Origin: a virus
Taxonomy: Duplodnaviria > Caudoviricetes
DNA: 64,000 bases
Direction: 5' to 3' (one strand)
IMG/VR virus record: IMGVR_UViG_3300033463_000099
Coordinates: 5,878 to 69,877 of that record
Of this stretch, positions 55,267-63,991 are shown piece by piece (the stretch's first letter is position 1; each line of letters begins with the position of its first letter). A program made the translations under genes and the position numbers. The notes below the pieces were generated by a model, which saw only the letters and a list, made by a program, of their open reading frames with translations, searched no databases and was not told where the DNA came from.

Positions 55267-56388
55267 TTACTGTTTCAAGACCTTGGCGATCTTGTCCATG
55301 CCCTTCAAGAGCCACTCCACGAAACCGTCCGCCCACTCGTCGATGGATGAAGCCTCGCCGTAGCGGTCGGTGTGCTTGGGGTTGTACTTGTTGAACATGG
55401 CTTCCTCGGTGAGGTCGTATGCCTTGATCGCGGCGCGGAGCTTGGCGATGATAGGCCGCTCGTCTGCCGCCTCCGGCTGTTCCTCCACCGTCTCTTCGAC
55501 AGGCGCGGGCTTCGGCTTCGCGACGGCTTTCTTCGGCGCGGGCTTCGGCTCTTCCTTCGCCGCTTCGACTTTCGGCGCAGGCTTGGGCGTGTGCTTCGGC
55601 CGTTCTGCGTTCTTGTCGGTGGACGCGGCGAGGATTCCCTCGATGTTCTTCTGGAACACGTCAAGCGTCATCTTCTTCTTCATCGGGGAGCCGTCCGGCA
55701 TCACGACGAAATTGCGGCACTTGCCGTCCCATGTGGAACTGTGCTCGGTGTAGATCATCCGGGTTTCATCCACGGCGAGCGTCAACTTGCTGCGCTCCTT
55801 GCCCTTTGTCTCTGTGAGAACATCGTAGATGCCCGTCACGTAGAGGTCGGTGGCCTCAAGCACGGTGGCGGCGCACTTGGGCGGCATTCTCATGGCCCAA
55901 CGGTTCCAAGTCTTGCCGGAGGTTTTCTCCACGAAAGTCTTGTTGCCGTCGATGTGGACGGACACGAAAACGTCAATCCCGCATTCGCGCGCGATGTCGG
56001 TCTTGAGGACTTCCCAAATCTTCTCCCACTCGGGCTTAAAGATGTTCCAGCACTTGCCGTAGTCGAACTCTTCCATGTTCGCCCACTTCTGGCGTTCGCA
56101 GAGGTCGGCGGCAAGTAGAGAAACGAGCTTGTCGGCGGTGTCGATGCAGAGCGTCTTGAGATCGTCGGGGCCCTTGCCGCTCTTGATCTCCTGCAACACC
56201 AGGAGCAGACCGGCCACGGTTCCGTCGAACTCGATGCACGGGACATCCAAGCCAAAACTGCCCTCGTCCACGTCCAAGAAGTAAGCGCCAGGAAGTTTCG
56301 CCATCGTAGTGGACTTGCCGAATCCCTCCACGGCGGCGATGGCGGCAACGATGCCGCGCGGCTTCTTTGATTCGCGGCGGATAATCAT
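55267..56388 (-). CDS. AAA_24 (Sak4-like) recombination ATPase
   Basis: AVEGFGKST, LDVDEG, IDTADKL, ..DYGK.W motifs. Confidence 0.8.
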   Translation of the reverse strand: MIIRRESKKPRGIVAAIAAVEGFGKSTTMAKLPGAYFLDVDEGSFGLDVPCIEFDGTVAGLLLVLQEIKSGKGPDDLKTLCIDTADKLVSLLAADLCERQKWANMEEFDYGKCWNIFKPEWEKIWEVLKTDIARECGIDVFVSVHIDGNKTFVEKTSGKTWNRWAMRMPPKCAATVLEATDLYVTGIYDVLTETKGKERSKLTLAVDETRMIYTEHSSTWDGKCRNFVVMPDGSPMKKKMTLDVFQKNIEGILAASTDKNAERPKHTPKPAPKVEAAKEEPKPAPKKAVAKPKPAPVEETVEEQPEAADERPIIAKLRAAIKAYDLTEEAMFNKYNPKHTDRYGEASSIDEWADGFVEWLLKGMDKIAKVLKQ

Positions 56389-56942
56389 GGCAACACCTCC
56401 GCAGCACCTTTCAGAATCACGTCGGCGATCTCATCGTCAGGGCGAGGGGTGAAAACATCCGGCATGCACTCTGCAACGCGCTTTTCAACCTCCTTCCGGC
56501 GCTCGCGCACCTGAAGACCGATATACGCATCCTTGAAGACACCATCCGGCCACGGACAAACCTTCAACTTCGCGTCACGGTCAATCCCCAAGCCGATGCC
56601 ATGAGGTTCAATGGTGATCTTGTAGGTGAGGAATCCGTCTTTTGCGAATGCAATGCACTCTCTGAGGATTGCGCATCTGAACGGAACTAAGACTTCTCCA
56701 ATGCAGATCACATGTCCCTGCAACACAGCCTTCACGCCATCGTCGCCCATGTTCTCGCCGATGAAGTGAGACAGCTTGCGGCACGATTCCTGTTTGTCGG
56801 CAAGAAACGCCATTTCGGTCAAGCGTTTCTGCTGTTCCTCCGAGACATGGCAGCACTTGTGAGAGAAGGGCGCCTTTTCATCGGGGGTTTTCGCCTCTGC
56901 GGGCTTGCCGGAGAGGATTTCAATCATCTTTTCTTTTGTCAT
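56385..56942 (-). CDS. Hypothetical protein
   Basis: 185 aa with GAAAGG RBS. Confidence 0.6.
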   Translation of the reverse strand: MTKEKMIEILSGKPAEAKTPDEKAPFSHKCCHVSEEQQKRLTEMAFLADKQESCRKLSHFIGENMGDDGVKAVLQGHVICIGEVLVPFRCAILRECIAFAKDGFLTYKITIEPHGIGLGIDRDAKLKVCPWPDGVFKDAYIGLQVRERRKEVEKRVAECMPDVFTPRPDDEIADVILKGAAEVLP

Positions 56943-56963
56943 TGTTTTTCCTTTCTTGGGGTA

Positions 56964-58265
56964 TCACTCGTAATCGTCATCGCCCAATTCCTTGGGCTCG
57001 GGCTTGGGCTCGGGCTTGGGCTTCGCAACCTTCTTGGGCATGGGTATCTTGACCTTCTCGCCTGCCGCTTCGCCGTCCTCGATGATAAGGGCGCACTCTT
57101 CGCCAGTCGAAACGCGCGTTGCGATGCACTGCAAGCCGTTCTCAACAAGCCACTCGTCGAATTCGTGGAGCGTGTCAAGGTCCAACTGCTCCAACTTGTC
57201 GAGCAGGACAAACTTGCAGTTGGGGTTGAGGCGAGACGCGATGGCGCAACCGACAATCATCTGCTGCGCACCAGACATGCAATCCCAAGCCTTGCCGTCG
57301 AGCATCAACACGCCATTCTCCACGGACAGGCCGGGATATGGCAAGTCTGCGCCGTCGAGCAACGCAAGCCGCTTTGCGCGGACTTCCTCAATCTCCGTGG
57401 TGAGCGTGTCGTACTGGTCTTGCAGATCGTCTGCCTCTTCCTCGCGCTGACGCTTGGCGGCATTCTCGTTGATCTTGCGGTTCGTTTCCTCGAAGTCGGC
57501 AATCTGCGCTTCCAGTTCGGAAGTGTCCTCAAGATCGACATCGGCGGCTTCGGCCTTGGCTATGTTCGCCTCAAGGCGTTTGACGGCCTCGGTAATCTCC
57601 TTCAACTGCGCCTTGTAGGTGGCCAGATGCCGCTTGTTGGCTTCGAGATCGTCAAGAAGCTTCTGCTTCACGCCGTTCCGGGCTAGGATTTCCTGTTGCT
57701 GTTCGATCAGTTCCTTGACGGATACAGGCTCGTCCGGCACATCGTCGTGATACGGCATGTCTGCGGCGGCTTTCTTCTTCTGCTCGGCCATGCGTCCGAC
57801 GGTGGTACGCATGTCGTACTTGGCCTTTTCCTCGCGCTCAAGTTTCGCAAGGGCTTCACCGATTCCCAGAATCTGCAAGAGGATGTCGGCTTTCTCCTTG
57901 TCCTTCGCGTTGAGGAACTTCGGCAGGTCGATGGCCAACTTGCTGATGATGGTGTCAAGGATTGCCTGTCCGTGCTTCTTGCCGTCCTTGTCCGTGACAA
58001 CAAGATTCGCGTTCTTGCCCTTGCGCTCGATCACCAAGCCGTCATCCGTCTCGATGTGGATGCAGGTCTCGGCAACCGCACCCTCGCGCCGGAGGTTCGA
58101 TGGCTTGTACTTCTCGCCGCCCAAGGCGTAAGCGATTCCATCCAGAACGCTCGTTTTGCCTTGCGCATTCTTGCCTCCGATTATCGTCAAACCTTCAAGC
58201 GAAGGTTCGAGGCGAATCGCACGGATTCGCTTTACATTCTCCATCTGTAGAGAAGTTATGTGCAT
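56964..58265 (-). CDS. SMC/Rad50-like coiled-coil ATPase (AAA_23)
   Basis: GGKNAQGKTS Walker A, long coiled coil, MSGAQQ signature, VLLDKLEQ Walker B. Confidence 0.85.
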   Translation of the reverse strand: MHITSLQMENVKRIRAIRLEPSLEGLTIIGGKNAQGKTSVLDGIAYALGGEKYKPSNLRREGAVAETCIHIETDDGLVIERKGKNANLVVTDKDGKKHGQAILDTIISKLAIDLPKFLNAKDKEKADILLQILGIGEALAKLEREEKAKYDMRTTVGRMAEQKKKAAADMPYHDDVPDEPVSVKELIEQQQEILARNGVKQKLLDDLEANKRHLATYKAQLKEITEAVKRLEANIAKAEAADVDLEDTSELEAQIADFEETNRKINENAAKRQREEEADDLQDQYDTLTTEIEEVRAKRLALLDGADLPYPGLSVENGVLMLDGKAWDCMSGAQQMIVGCAIASRLNPNCKFVLLDKLEQLDLDTLHEFDEWLVENGLQCIATRVSTGEECALIIEDGEAAGEKVKIPMPKKVAKPKPEPKPEPKELGDDDYE

Positions 58266-58912
58266 TGTTTTGTTCCTTTGGTTTGTTGTTTCACGGACAA
58301 CGCCTTTTCGGGCGTCCATCCGAGTTGAGTGATTCTGGCGCGTATCGTCGAGCGGTCTATGCCAACTTCACGCGCCCAGCAAGCGAGCGGCAAGGTCTTT
58401 CCAAACGCAGTAATCATGAAACAGTTGCGCCTGTTCAACATCTGCGCTCGCATCGAAATCCAACGGCAGTTCGCAGGGCAATAGTTCCCGTTGCCGTCAA
58501 CCCTGTCAATGGTAAGCGAATCATTGTAGCCGCTTGCGATTGCCCACTTCATGAACACTTCAAAACTGTTCGCCCAATCGTCGCAAACCTTTATTCCACG
58601 GCCACCGTAATACTCGTATTGTGATGCGTTCGGATTCTCGCACCGCTGTTTCATATTCTTCCAAGTTGCATAAAGCCTTGATCTGCTCGCACCATGCTTC
58701 TTCATGTGTCCCTTCTCAAGACAGCCACAAGACTTGACACGGCCTTTGCGAAGCCTGTAGTTTATGACGATGCACGACTTTCCACAATCGCACTTCACGA
58801 ATGATGCGGAGTGAAGTATGCCGTTAACGCCCATGCGGACAGGCGGTGCCTTGCCGACAACAACAAGATTCCCAAAGCGTGTGCCAACAGGTATGTCTTT
58901 CCTTGGCATCAT
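58256..58912 (-). CDS. Free-standing HNH homing endonuclease-like protein
   Basis: CDCG...SCGC, HG, W..MK.RC.NP...Y..YGGRGI.VC..W, TIDRVDGNGNY.P.NCRW; lower GC than its neighbours. Confidence 0.8.
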   Translation of the reverse strand: MMPRKDIPVGTRFGNLVVVGKAPPVRMGVNGILHSASFVKCDCGKSCIVINYRLRKGRVKSCGCLEKGHMKKHGASRSRLYATWKNMKQRCENPNASQYEYYGGRGIKVCDDWANSFEVFMKWAIASGYNDSLTIDRVDGNGNYCPANCRWISMRAQMLNRRNCFMITAFGKTLPLACWAREVGIDRSTIRARITQLGWTPEKALSVKQQTKGTKQCT

Positions 58913-59334
58913 TTCTTTTCGCCTCTCACATAGTAGGCCGCTTCCCTATTCCCATAGGCGTTGCGAACGGTTGTTTTCCAGATCATGCCTTTGTAAACCA
59001 TTCGGTTAAGCGTCCACCACTTCACATTTCTGCTGCGCGTCGTGCGGAGGATGATGTCACGCGCACGGAGCGGCTTCCCCGCCTTGCGGAGTATGCCGAC
59101 GATCTCACGATAGCGAGCCTTGAGAGAAAACGGGTCTCTGGGCTTGTCGATAAGGTTGCGGTGGCGCATTCCCATTTGCTCTTTGCGTTGCAGTAGGTTC
59201 TTGGCCGTCTGGATTTTGCAGTTGGGGCAGTTGTACCGACGCATACAGCCGTTGCAGTTGTTGGTGAGATCGCGCATGTAGGCCACGCAATCCCTTTCCC
59301 AATTGGCTTGTTCGACTGTCGAGCCACCCATCAT
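58909..59334 (-). CDS. Zn-finger plus winged-HTH-like protein
   Basis: CNGC...CPNC followed by EIVGILRKAGKPLRARDI. Confidence 0.55.
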   Translation of the reverse strand: MMGGSTVEQANWERDCVAYMRDLTNNCNGCMRRYNCPNCKIQTAKNLLQRKEQMGMRHRNLIDKPRDPFSLKARYREIVGILRKAGKPLRARDIILRTTRSRNVKWWTLNRMVYKGMIWKTTVRNAYGNREAAYYVRGEKK

Positions 59335-59687
59335 GAACAGCGTTCCACCTTTGAGTTGTTGGCGAGCCACGCAACGAAAAGCGCGTGTGGGTATCTGATG
59401 GTGTGGCCGTTCAAGCGGAAGTGCGGCGGCACATTCTTCGTCCGGCGTGTCCAGGCACGGATTTTGTTCTCGGGCAAGCCTGTGTATTCTGACAATTCAT
59501 CTGGCCGCATGATGTCGGTCGGGATGAAAGCGAACGGAGCAGGGATGCCACGGCGCGAACGATTCAAGATGCGCAAAACCTCGTCTGACGAGATAAGCCC
59601 CGAACGGCTAGACCCGACAATCCTGTAGGATTGCCGTACTTCAAGCCGCAAGCGGTCGCAGATGAGATTTCTGCGCAGGAAGTTCAT
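59331..59687 (-). CDS. HTH protein (excisionase/AlpA-like C-domain)
   Basis: MRPDELSEYTGL....IRAW......PPHFRL....IRY.....VAWL. Confidence 0.65.
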   Translation of the reverse strand: MNFLRRNLICDRLRLEVRQSYRIVGSSRSGLISSDEVLRILNRSRRGIPAPFAFIPTDIMRPDELSEYTGLPENKIRAWTRRTKNVPPHFRLNGHTIRYPHALFVAWLANNSKVERCS

Positions 59688-59881
59688 TCGAGCGTCTTTC
59701 CTTCGTTGACAGCCTGTGCCGCCTTGAGCGTGTGGAACTTTGCGAAGGATGCGGAGCTACGCATGTTCTTCTCTGCGGCGGCCTTGAGCGTGGCCGCTTC
59801 CTCATCGTTGCAGAAGAACTGCACGGCGATCTTCACCGGCTCCGTCGGCTGGTCAGCCGTCTCTGTCGCTTTTCCTGTCAT
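59684..59881 (-). CDS. Ribbon-helix-helix regulator in the Cro position
   Basis: Beta-strand IAVQFFC followed by the helices DEEAATLKAAAEK and SASFAKFHTLKAA; first gene of the leftward operon. Confidence 0.5.
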   Translation of the reverse strand: MTGKATETADQPTEPVKIAVQFFCNDEEAATLKAAAEKNMRSSASFAKFHTLKAAQAVNEGKTLE

Positions 59882-59930
59882 TTCGTCAAACCTCGTTTTT
59901 ACTTTTTGTTATGAATTCTTGGTAAACCGG

Positions 59931-59959
59931 TGGCACTTGCCATTTAATTATGATAAAAT
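59931..59959 (+). promoter_or_regulatory. Rightward (repressor) promoter, extended -10
   Basis: TGGCAC-N17-TAAAAT with TGa in front. Confidence 0.45.
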
Positions 59960-59987
59960 ACCTCTGGTTTGCCTTTGAACGGCACAC

Positions 59988-60016
59988 AGTTTATCACACT
60001 CTGTTATGAAGGTCAA
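59988..60016 (-). promoter_or_regulatory. Leftward (lytic early) promoter
   Basis: Minus strand TTGACC-N17-TAAACT with TGa extended -10. Confidence 0.55.
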
Positions 60017-60023
60017 TAACAAA

Positions 60024-60371
60024 ATGACAAAAAAACAAAAAAGTTTAACGAGGTTCGCGGAACGCATCCGCGAATTGCGCGGAACACGCAGCCAAGTTGA
60101 GATGGCGTCGCTCGTCGGCGGCATCACGCAAGCGGCTTGGGCGCAATGGGAGTTAGACCTCCGTCAGCCTAAACTAGATGTCCTGTTCCTCATCTGCCAA
60201 CGGCTCGGCTGTTCGGCAGACTGGTTGCTCGGCCTAGAGAACGGACCCCGCCCTGCGCAACAGTCGATAGCAGACCAGTTGAGCAGTCTCAAGGGCGAGT
60301 TGGGCAAGACTGCGCGGAGCATGGAAACGATCATGGCGCAGATCAACGCATTGGAGCGGCGCAAGTCGTGA
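60024..60371 (+). CDS. cI: XRE-family HTH repressor (CI-like, no peptidase domain)
   Basis: FAERIRELRG.RSQVEMASLVGGITQAAWAQWE...QP.LD.L..IC..LG.S.DWLLGL; divergent from the early operon. Start is 60024 or 60006. Confidence 0.8.
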   Translation: MTKKQKSLTRFAERIRELRGTRSQVEMASLVGGITQAAWAQWELDLRQPKLDVLFLICQRLGCSADWLLGLENGPRPAQQSIADQLSSLKGELGKTARSMETIMAQINALERRKS

Positions 60372-60592
60372 AGCGGATAATCTCGTTCGGGAACATCGCC
60401 GCCGCATTGTATGCGCTTGCGGCTTGGCGTGTGTCTGGCGCAAGGGGTATCGCTTGCGCTCTGGTCGTGCTGTGCGTAATCGCTACGGCGCGAATGAAAG
60501 AGGGAAGTGTCGGAAGGAACGCCGCATTCTGGCTTGACATGCTGTATGCCGCAATACTGTCCCTTCCGTTCGCCATGCTGTTGGCGAAATGA
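60368..60592 (+). CDS. Small multi-TM membrane protein co-transcribed with the repressor
   Basis: GTGA overlap with the cI stop; about three hydrophobic segments in 74 aa. Confidence 0.65.
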   Translation: MKRIISFGNIAAALYALAAWRVSGARGIACALVVLCVIATARMKEGSVGRNAAFWLDMLYAAILSLPFAMLLAK

Positions 60593-60619
60593 AAACGCCG
60601 CCGGATTTCTCCGACGGCG
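60592..60619 (-). terminator. Intrinsic terminator between convergent genes
   Basis: Minus-strand CGCCGTCGGA-GAAA-TCCGGCGGCG followed by TTTT. Confidence 0.6.
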
Positions 60620-60625
60620 CACCGA

Positions 60626-60913
60626 TCAATCGACCCAGCCTTGCGGCTTCAGTTCGGGATGGTTCTTCAACAGCGAACACGCAAGCCTGTGTATCGCCTC
60701 GGAGATCGTTATGCTCTTGTCGAACGCATACTTGCGGAACACTTGGTAGTCCGGCTCGCGCACGGTGAGCGAGCGCGTGGGCACGGCCTTGAGTTCCGGG
60801 CTGTTCCTCGACCCCACGGGACGGCCTCCGTTGTTGTGCTTGCGGCTCTTCGCCGCCCTGCTTCTCGCCGCCGACAGCTCGGCGGCATTCTTCGTCTTTC
60901 TGACGTATGCCAT
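60626..60913 (-). CDS. AT-hook-like plus ribbon-helix-helix DNA-binding protein
   Basis: GGRPVGSRN, then the strand TRSLTV and two helices; GAAAGGAAG RBS. Confidence 0.55.
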   Translation of the reverse strand: MAYVRKTKNAAELSAARSRAAKSRKHNNGGRPVGSRNSPELKAVPTRSLTVREPDYQVFRKYAFDKSITISEAIHRLACSLLKNHPELKPQGWVD

Positions 60914-60935
60914 TTGGCTTCCTTTCTGTGTGTTG

Positions 60936-60970
60936 AAAAAAGTGCGGCTTGGATTATACCAAACCGCACT
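60936..60970 (-). terminator. Intrinsic terminator whose loop is TATAAT
   Basis: Minus strand AGTGCGGTTTGG-TATAAT-CCAAGCCGCACT followed by a U-tract. Confidence 0.65.
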
Positions 60971-60991
60971 ACTGAATAACAGCAATTTATT

Positions 60992-61450
60992 TCAAGCCTT
61001 TTCGCCCTGCGCCTTGATGCGATGGTCGGACACGCGCCCGAAATCGTCCACCACGGCGATGTCGAACGGCGTGGATGCCGTGAGCGGCTCGCCCAACATG
61101 GTGGACAGCGCGTGATACGCCGCCCATGTTATGTGCGGCTCGCGCACCTTGTCCGTAGGACGCATCACGACGACGCTACGCTTGCGCTGTCCGTCCGCAG
61201 AATAGATTTCCGCCTGTATGATTCCAACGCCGTAGATGGCGTTTCTGATGGCTTCCTTGCGCCTGTCCAGTTCCTTCGCCGTCTCGACGAGTTCACGCGC
61301 AAGCGCAGGGAATTCGGGGCGCACAGGCGTGGGGATTCCGTTCTCCACAGCCGTGCGCCTGTAGGCGTTGTAGAAGTTCTGCGCGGACATTACCCTGTGG
61401 TACGATTCCCGCACAAGTTCCAACAGCGTTTCGGTAGTCTGCAAGTCCAT
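60992..61450 (-). CDS. Hypothetical protein
   Basis: 152 aa with GAGG RBS. Confidence 0.65.
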   Translation of the reverse strand: MDLQTTETLLELVRESYHRVMSAQNFYNAYRRTAVENGIPTPVRPEFPALARELVETAKELDRRKEAIRNAIYGVGIIQAEIYSADGQRKRSVVVMRPTDKVREPHITWAAYHALSTMLGEPLTASTPFDIAVVDDFGRVSDHRIKAQGEKA

Positions 61451-61453
61451 GCC

Positions 61454-61603
61454 TCAAGCCTCCCATGCCTTCCAGTAGATCGTGCTCATATTGCACTGTC
61501 TTCCGGCGAGGCGGAAACGGATGTTGGCAATGGCCTTTTTCGCGCTGACTGCCCATGTCTCGAAAAGTCCGAGGTGGGTTTCGACTATCCATTTCTTCTT
61601 CAT
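61454..61603 (-). CDS. Small hypothetical protein (49 aa)
   Basis: MKKKWIVETHLG...; GAAAGGA RBS. Confidence 0.55.
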   Translation of the reverse strand: MKKKWIVETHLGLFETWAVSAKKAIANIRFRLAGRQCNMSTIYWKAWEA

Positions 61604-61620
61604 GGCGTTGTTCCTTTCGA

Positions 61621-62788
61621 TTAGGCGGCGAGCCGCAGGCGGACAGCCTCCGCAACCTGTCTTGCAACTTCCCACGCCATCTTGTCGGCGTCCTTGTTGC
61701 ACACGCCACGACATTCGACGAGTTTCAGCGTCTTGAGGCTGATGCGAATGTCAACGCATGGCTTGCCGCCTTTGTGGAGGAATATGCAGATGTCGTCCTT
61801 GCCTTGGCGTGATGCGTAATGCTTGCCTATGCAGTTGTGCATGGCGGCTCCCTCGTCGAGCATGTCCGCGCTCGTCTTCGGGACTATGACCTCGTAGGCG
61901 CCGAATTCCGTGCATACATCCTTCAGGCGGTTGTACAGATCGCGGATTGCGGCATCATACTTGCGCTTGTATTCGTTGCGCTCCTTCCTCGCCCTGCGAC
62001 GTTCCGCCTCGATTGCGCGAATCATGCGGCGCTCTTCCGCCTCGCGCCTGTCACGCCTGACCTGTTCCGCGCAAACGGGGTCGGTCTTCGCATACATGCG
62101 CTTTGCGGTGTACGGACTCCAGTTCTTCGCTTCCTCGATGTGACGAGCAAGGAACTTGCCGAAGCGAGGATTGCGCTCCAGAAACCCGCACAGGTCGGGC
62201 GTGAGAAGCCGGAATAGTCCGGCCTTCGACAGCAGTTCGACCTTTGGTGTGATTCTGTAGAGCGCGATATAGTCCGCAACACACAGTCCGCAAGCGGGAT
62301 CGTAAGCCCAATACTTGTATTTCGTATCGTCCCAGCCGTTCAGGATAACGTCGGGCTTGGGCAACAGCCGTTCGCAAAAGCCGTTTTCCTCGGCGCGAAT
62401 CACCTTTACCCTGTACCACTTGTTTTGCTCTTGGCCTTGGATGCGCTGGACACGCGCATAGTCTGCCGTCGGGCCTCCGTTTTCGTGGAAGTCATAGACA
62501 AGATGCGGATGCACCATGTTGCTCCAAGACATATACTCGAATGTGTCGCGTATCGAATAGGTTTCCGAGTCCGTGCGCATCCGATAGACACATTTCATCA
62601 TCAGTTTGCGCCCCTTGCGTCTGGAGTTTCCGGCAATCCACGCTTCAAAGACGGCCTCGCCGTTCTTGAGCGGCTTTATGAATCCATAGAGCCTTATGGA
62701 CTTCTGCCGCCCGAGCCCGATGTGCGGATATGGCGTAGCGTCGCACCCGTGGTCTGATTCGTACCGCCTGATAAGTTCCTTGGCATTC
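61621..62788 (-). CDS. PcfJ-domain protein
   Basis: C-terminal IVPKTSADMLDEGAAMHNCIG..Y...C.F.....V.I...L..L...RG..N PcfJ motif. Start at about ATG 62790 (MNAKEL) is approximate. Confidence 0.75.
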
Positions 62789-62803
62789 ATGGTTCGCACC
62801 TTC

Positions 62804-63391
62804 CTAGAGGTTGAAAAACAACTGTTGCGTTCCGACGGCATCGGCGATCTTCTTCGCCTTGCGCTTCGCTTCGGCTTTGGCGGCTTTTGCGGCGGCCTTC
62901 GCCGTGGCTACAACCTTCTTCGCGACGGATTTCGTCTCGGCCTTCGTGTCGGTCTTCTGCGTCGGTTTCTTCGGTGTGTGCGAGGTTTCCGGCTCGACTG
63001 TCCCCTCGGGAAATTCGCGCAGATACCTTTCCGCAATCGCAACGACAACATCAGCGTTGCCGCAACATCCGCCGTTCACTTTTCCGTGTTCGGCAATGTA
63101 GGCGTTCTTCATCACGGAAACGACATAGTTCCATGCGCCGTGAATGGTCTTGCCTTCTGCAAGGGCCTTTTCAAGCGTCTCGCTGTGCTTCTCGCGCAAG
63201 AGCATTTCCAACATCCGCTCTTCCATCGACGGAGAAACGGGCTTGCCCTGCTTCTTGCGCGGTGCGGTCTCTGGTGTAGCCTCTGGTGTGGCCTCTGGTG
63301 CGGCTTCCGGTGCGGCTTCCGGCGTGGTCTGCGGCGCTTCCGCTTCCGGCGTAGCCGTCTCGATTACTTCATTCTCGGTTGTCTCGTTCAT
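62804..63391 (-). CDS. PcfK-like (AcrIIA9-family-like) protein
   Basis: GKTIHGAWNYV...KN.......V...A..Y..E and a terminal QQLFF motif, directly upstream of pcfJ. Confidence 0.55.
   Translation of the reverse strand: MNETTENEVIETATPEAEAPQTTPEAAPEAAPEATPEATPETAPRKKQGKPVSPSMEERMLEMLLREKHSETLEKALAEGKTIHGAWNYVVSVMKNAYIAEHGKVNGGCCGNADVVVAIAERYLREFPEGTVEPETSHTPKKPTQKTDTKAETKSVAKKVVATAKAAAKAAKAEAKRKAKKIADAVGTQQLFFNL
63270..63329. repeat. 12-bp tandem repeat x5 encoding PE(A/T)(A/T)
   Basis: tctggtgtagcc / tctggtgtggcc / tctggtgcggct / tccggtgcggct / tccggcgtggtc. Confidence 0.75.
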
Positions 63392-63394
63392 GGT

Positions 63395-63556
63395 TCATTC
63401 TCCTTTCAGTGCATTGTTTACGTACCACCGCCAAGCGGCGATGGCTTTTTCACGGTCGCAACCGTAGAAAAGTTTTCCGTGATACGGCGTGAAAATCCAA
63501 TATCCGCCGTCGATCTCGGCAAGAAGCTGTCCGGCTTTGCATTTTAGCAGCTGCAT
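63395..63556 (-). CDS. Small hypothetical protein (53 aa; missed by the ORF track)
   Basis: MQLLKCKAGQLLAEIDGGYWIFTPYHG...; AGGAGG RBS. Confidence 0.55.
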   Translation of the reverse strand: MQLLKCKAGQLLAEIDGGYWIFTPYHGKLFYGCDREKAIAAWRWYVNNALKGE

Positions 63557-63565
63557 GATTTCCTC

Positions 63566-63769
63566 CTAGAGCATCTTGCGAAAGTTGTCCATCGCTTCGA
63601 CGGCGTTGGAGTATGTGCCGAACAACTGTTCGTATGCTCCTACGCCTCGCTGATAGGTGTTCAGCCGATAGATTACGGCGTTGGTGTCCGTGTCGATCTC
63701 GGCGGTAAGCATGGCGTTGTCCCATCCGCAAATGCGCGAGACTTCGATTATGAGTTTCTTCCTGTCCAT
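63566..63769 (-). CDS. Hypothetical protein
   Basis: 67 aa with GGAGAG RBS. Confidence 0.55.
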   Translation of the reverse strand: MDRKKLIIEVSRICGWDNAMLTAEIDTDTNAVIYRLNTYQRGVGAYEQLFGTYSNAVEAMDNFRKML

Positions 63770-63772
63770 TGT

Positions 63773-63991
63773 TCACTCTCCTGTGTTGATTCCATAGCGC
63801 GTGAGAAGGTCGCGCAGTTGTTCCGGCATGTATCTCTTGCTTCCGAGTAGCATGACAATATCGTCATAGCCGTCGGCAGTCTCATCGGAAAACGCATCGG
63901 CGCATTCCATGTCGAACGAATTGGCGAAAGCCTCGCTCGTCTCTGCCGTCTTGATAATGTCGTAGATTCGGAGCGTAGTGTCCCCATACAA
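63773..63991 (-). CDS. Hypothetical protein
   Basis: 72 aa near the window edge; start uncertain. Confidence 0.45.
   Translation of the reverse strand: MYGDTTLRIYDIIKTAETSEAFANSFDMECADAFSDETADGYDDIVMLLGSKRYMPEQLRDLLTRYGINTGE

Noticed and set aside
56990-57020. 12-bp repeat encoding PKPE
   Set aside because: Only about 2.5 copies in a disordered C-terminal tail; ordinary low complexity.
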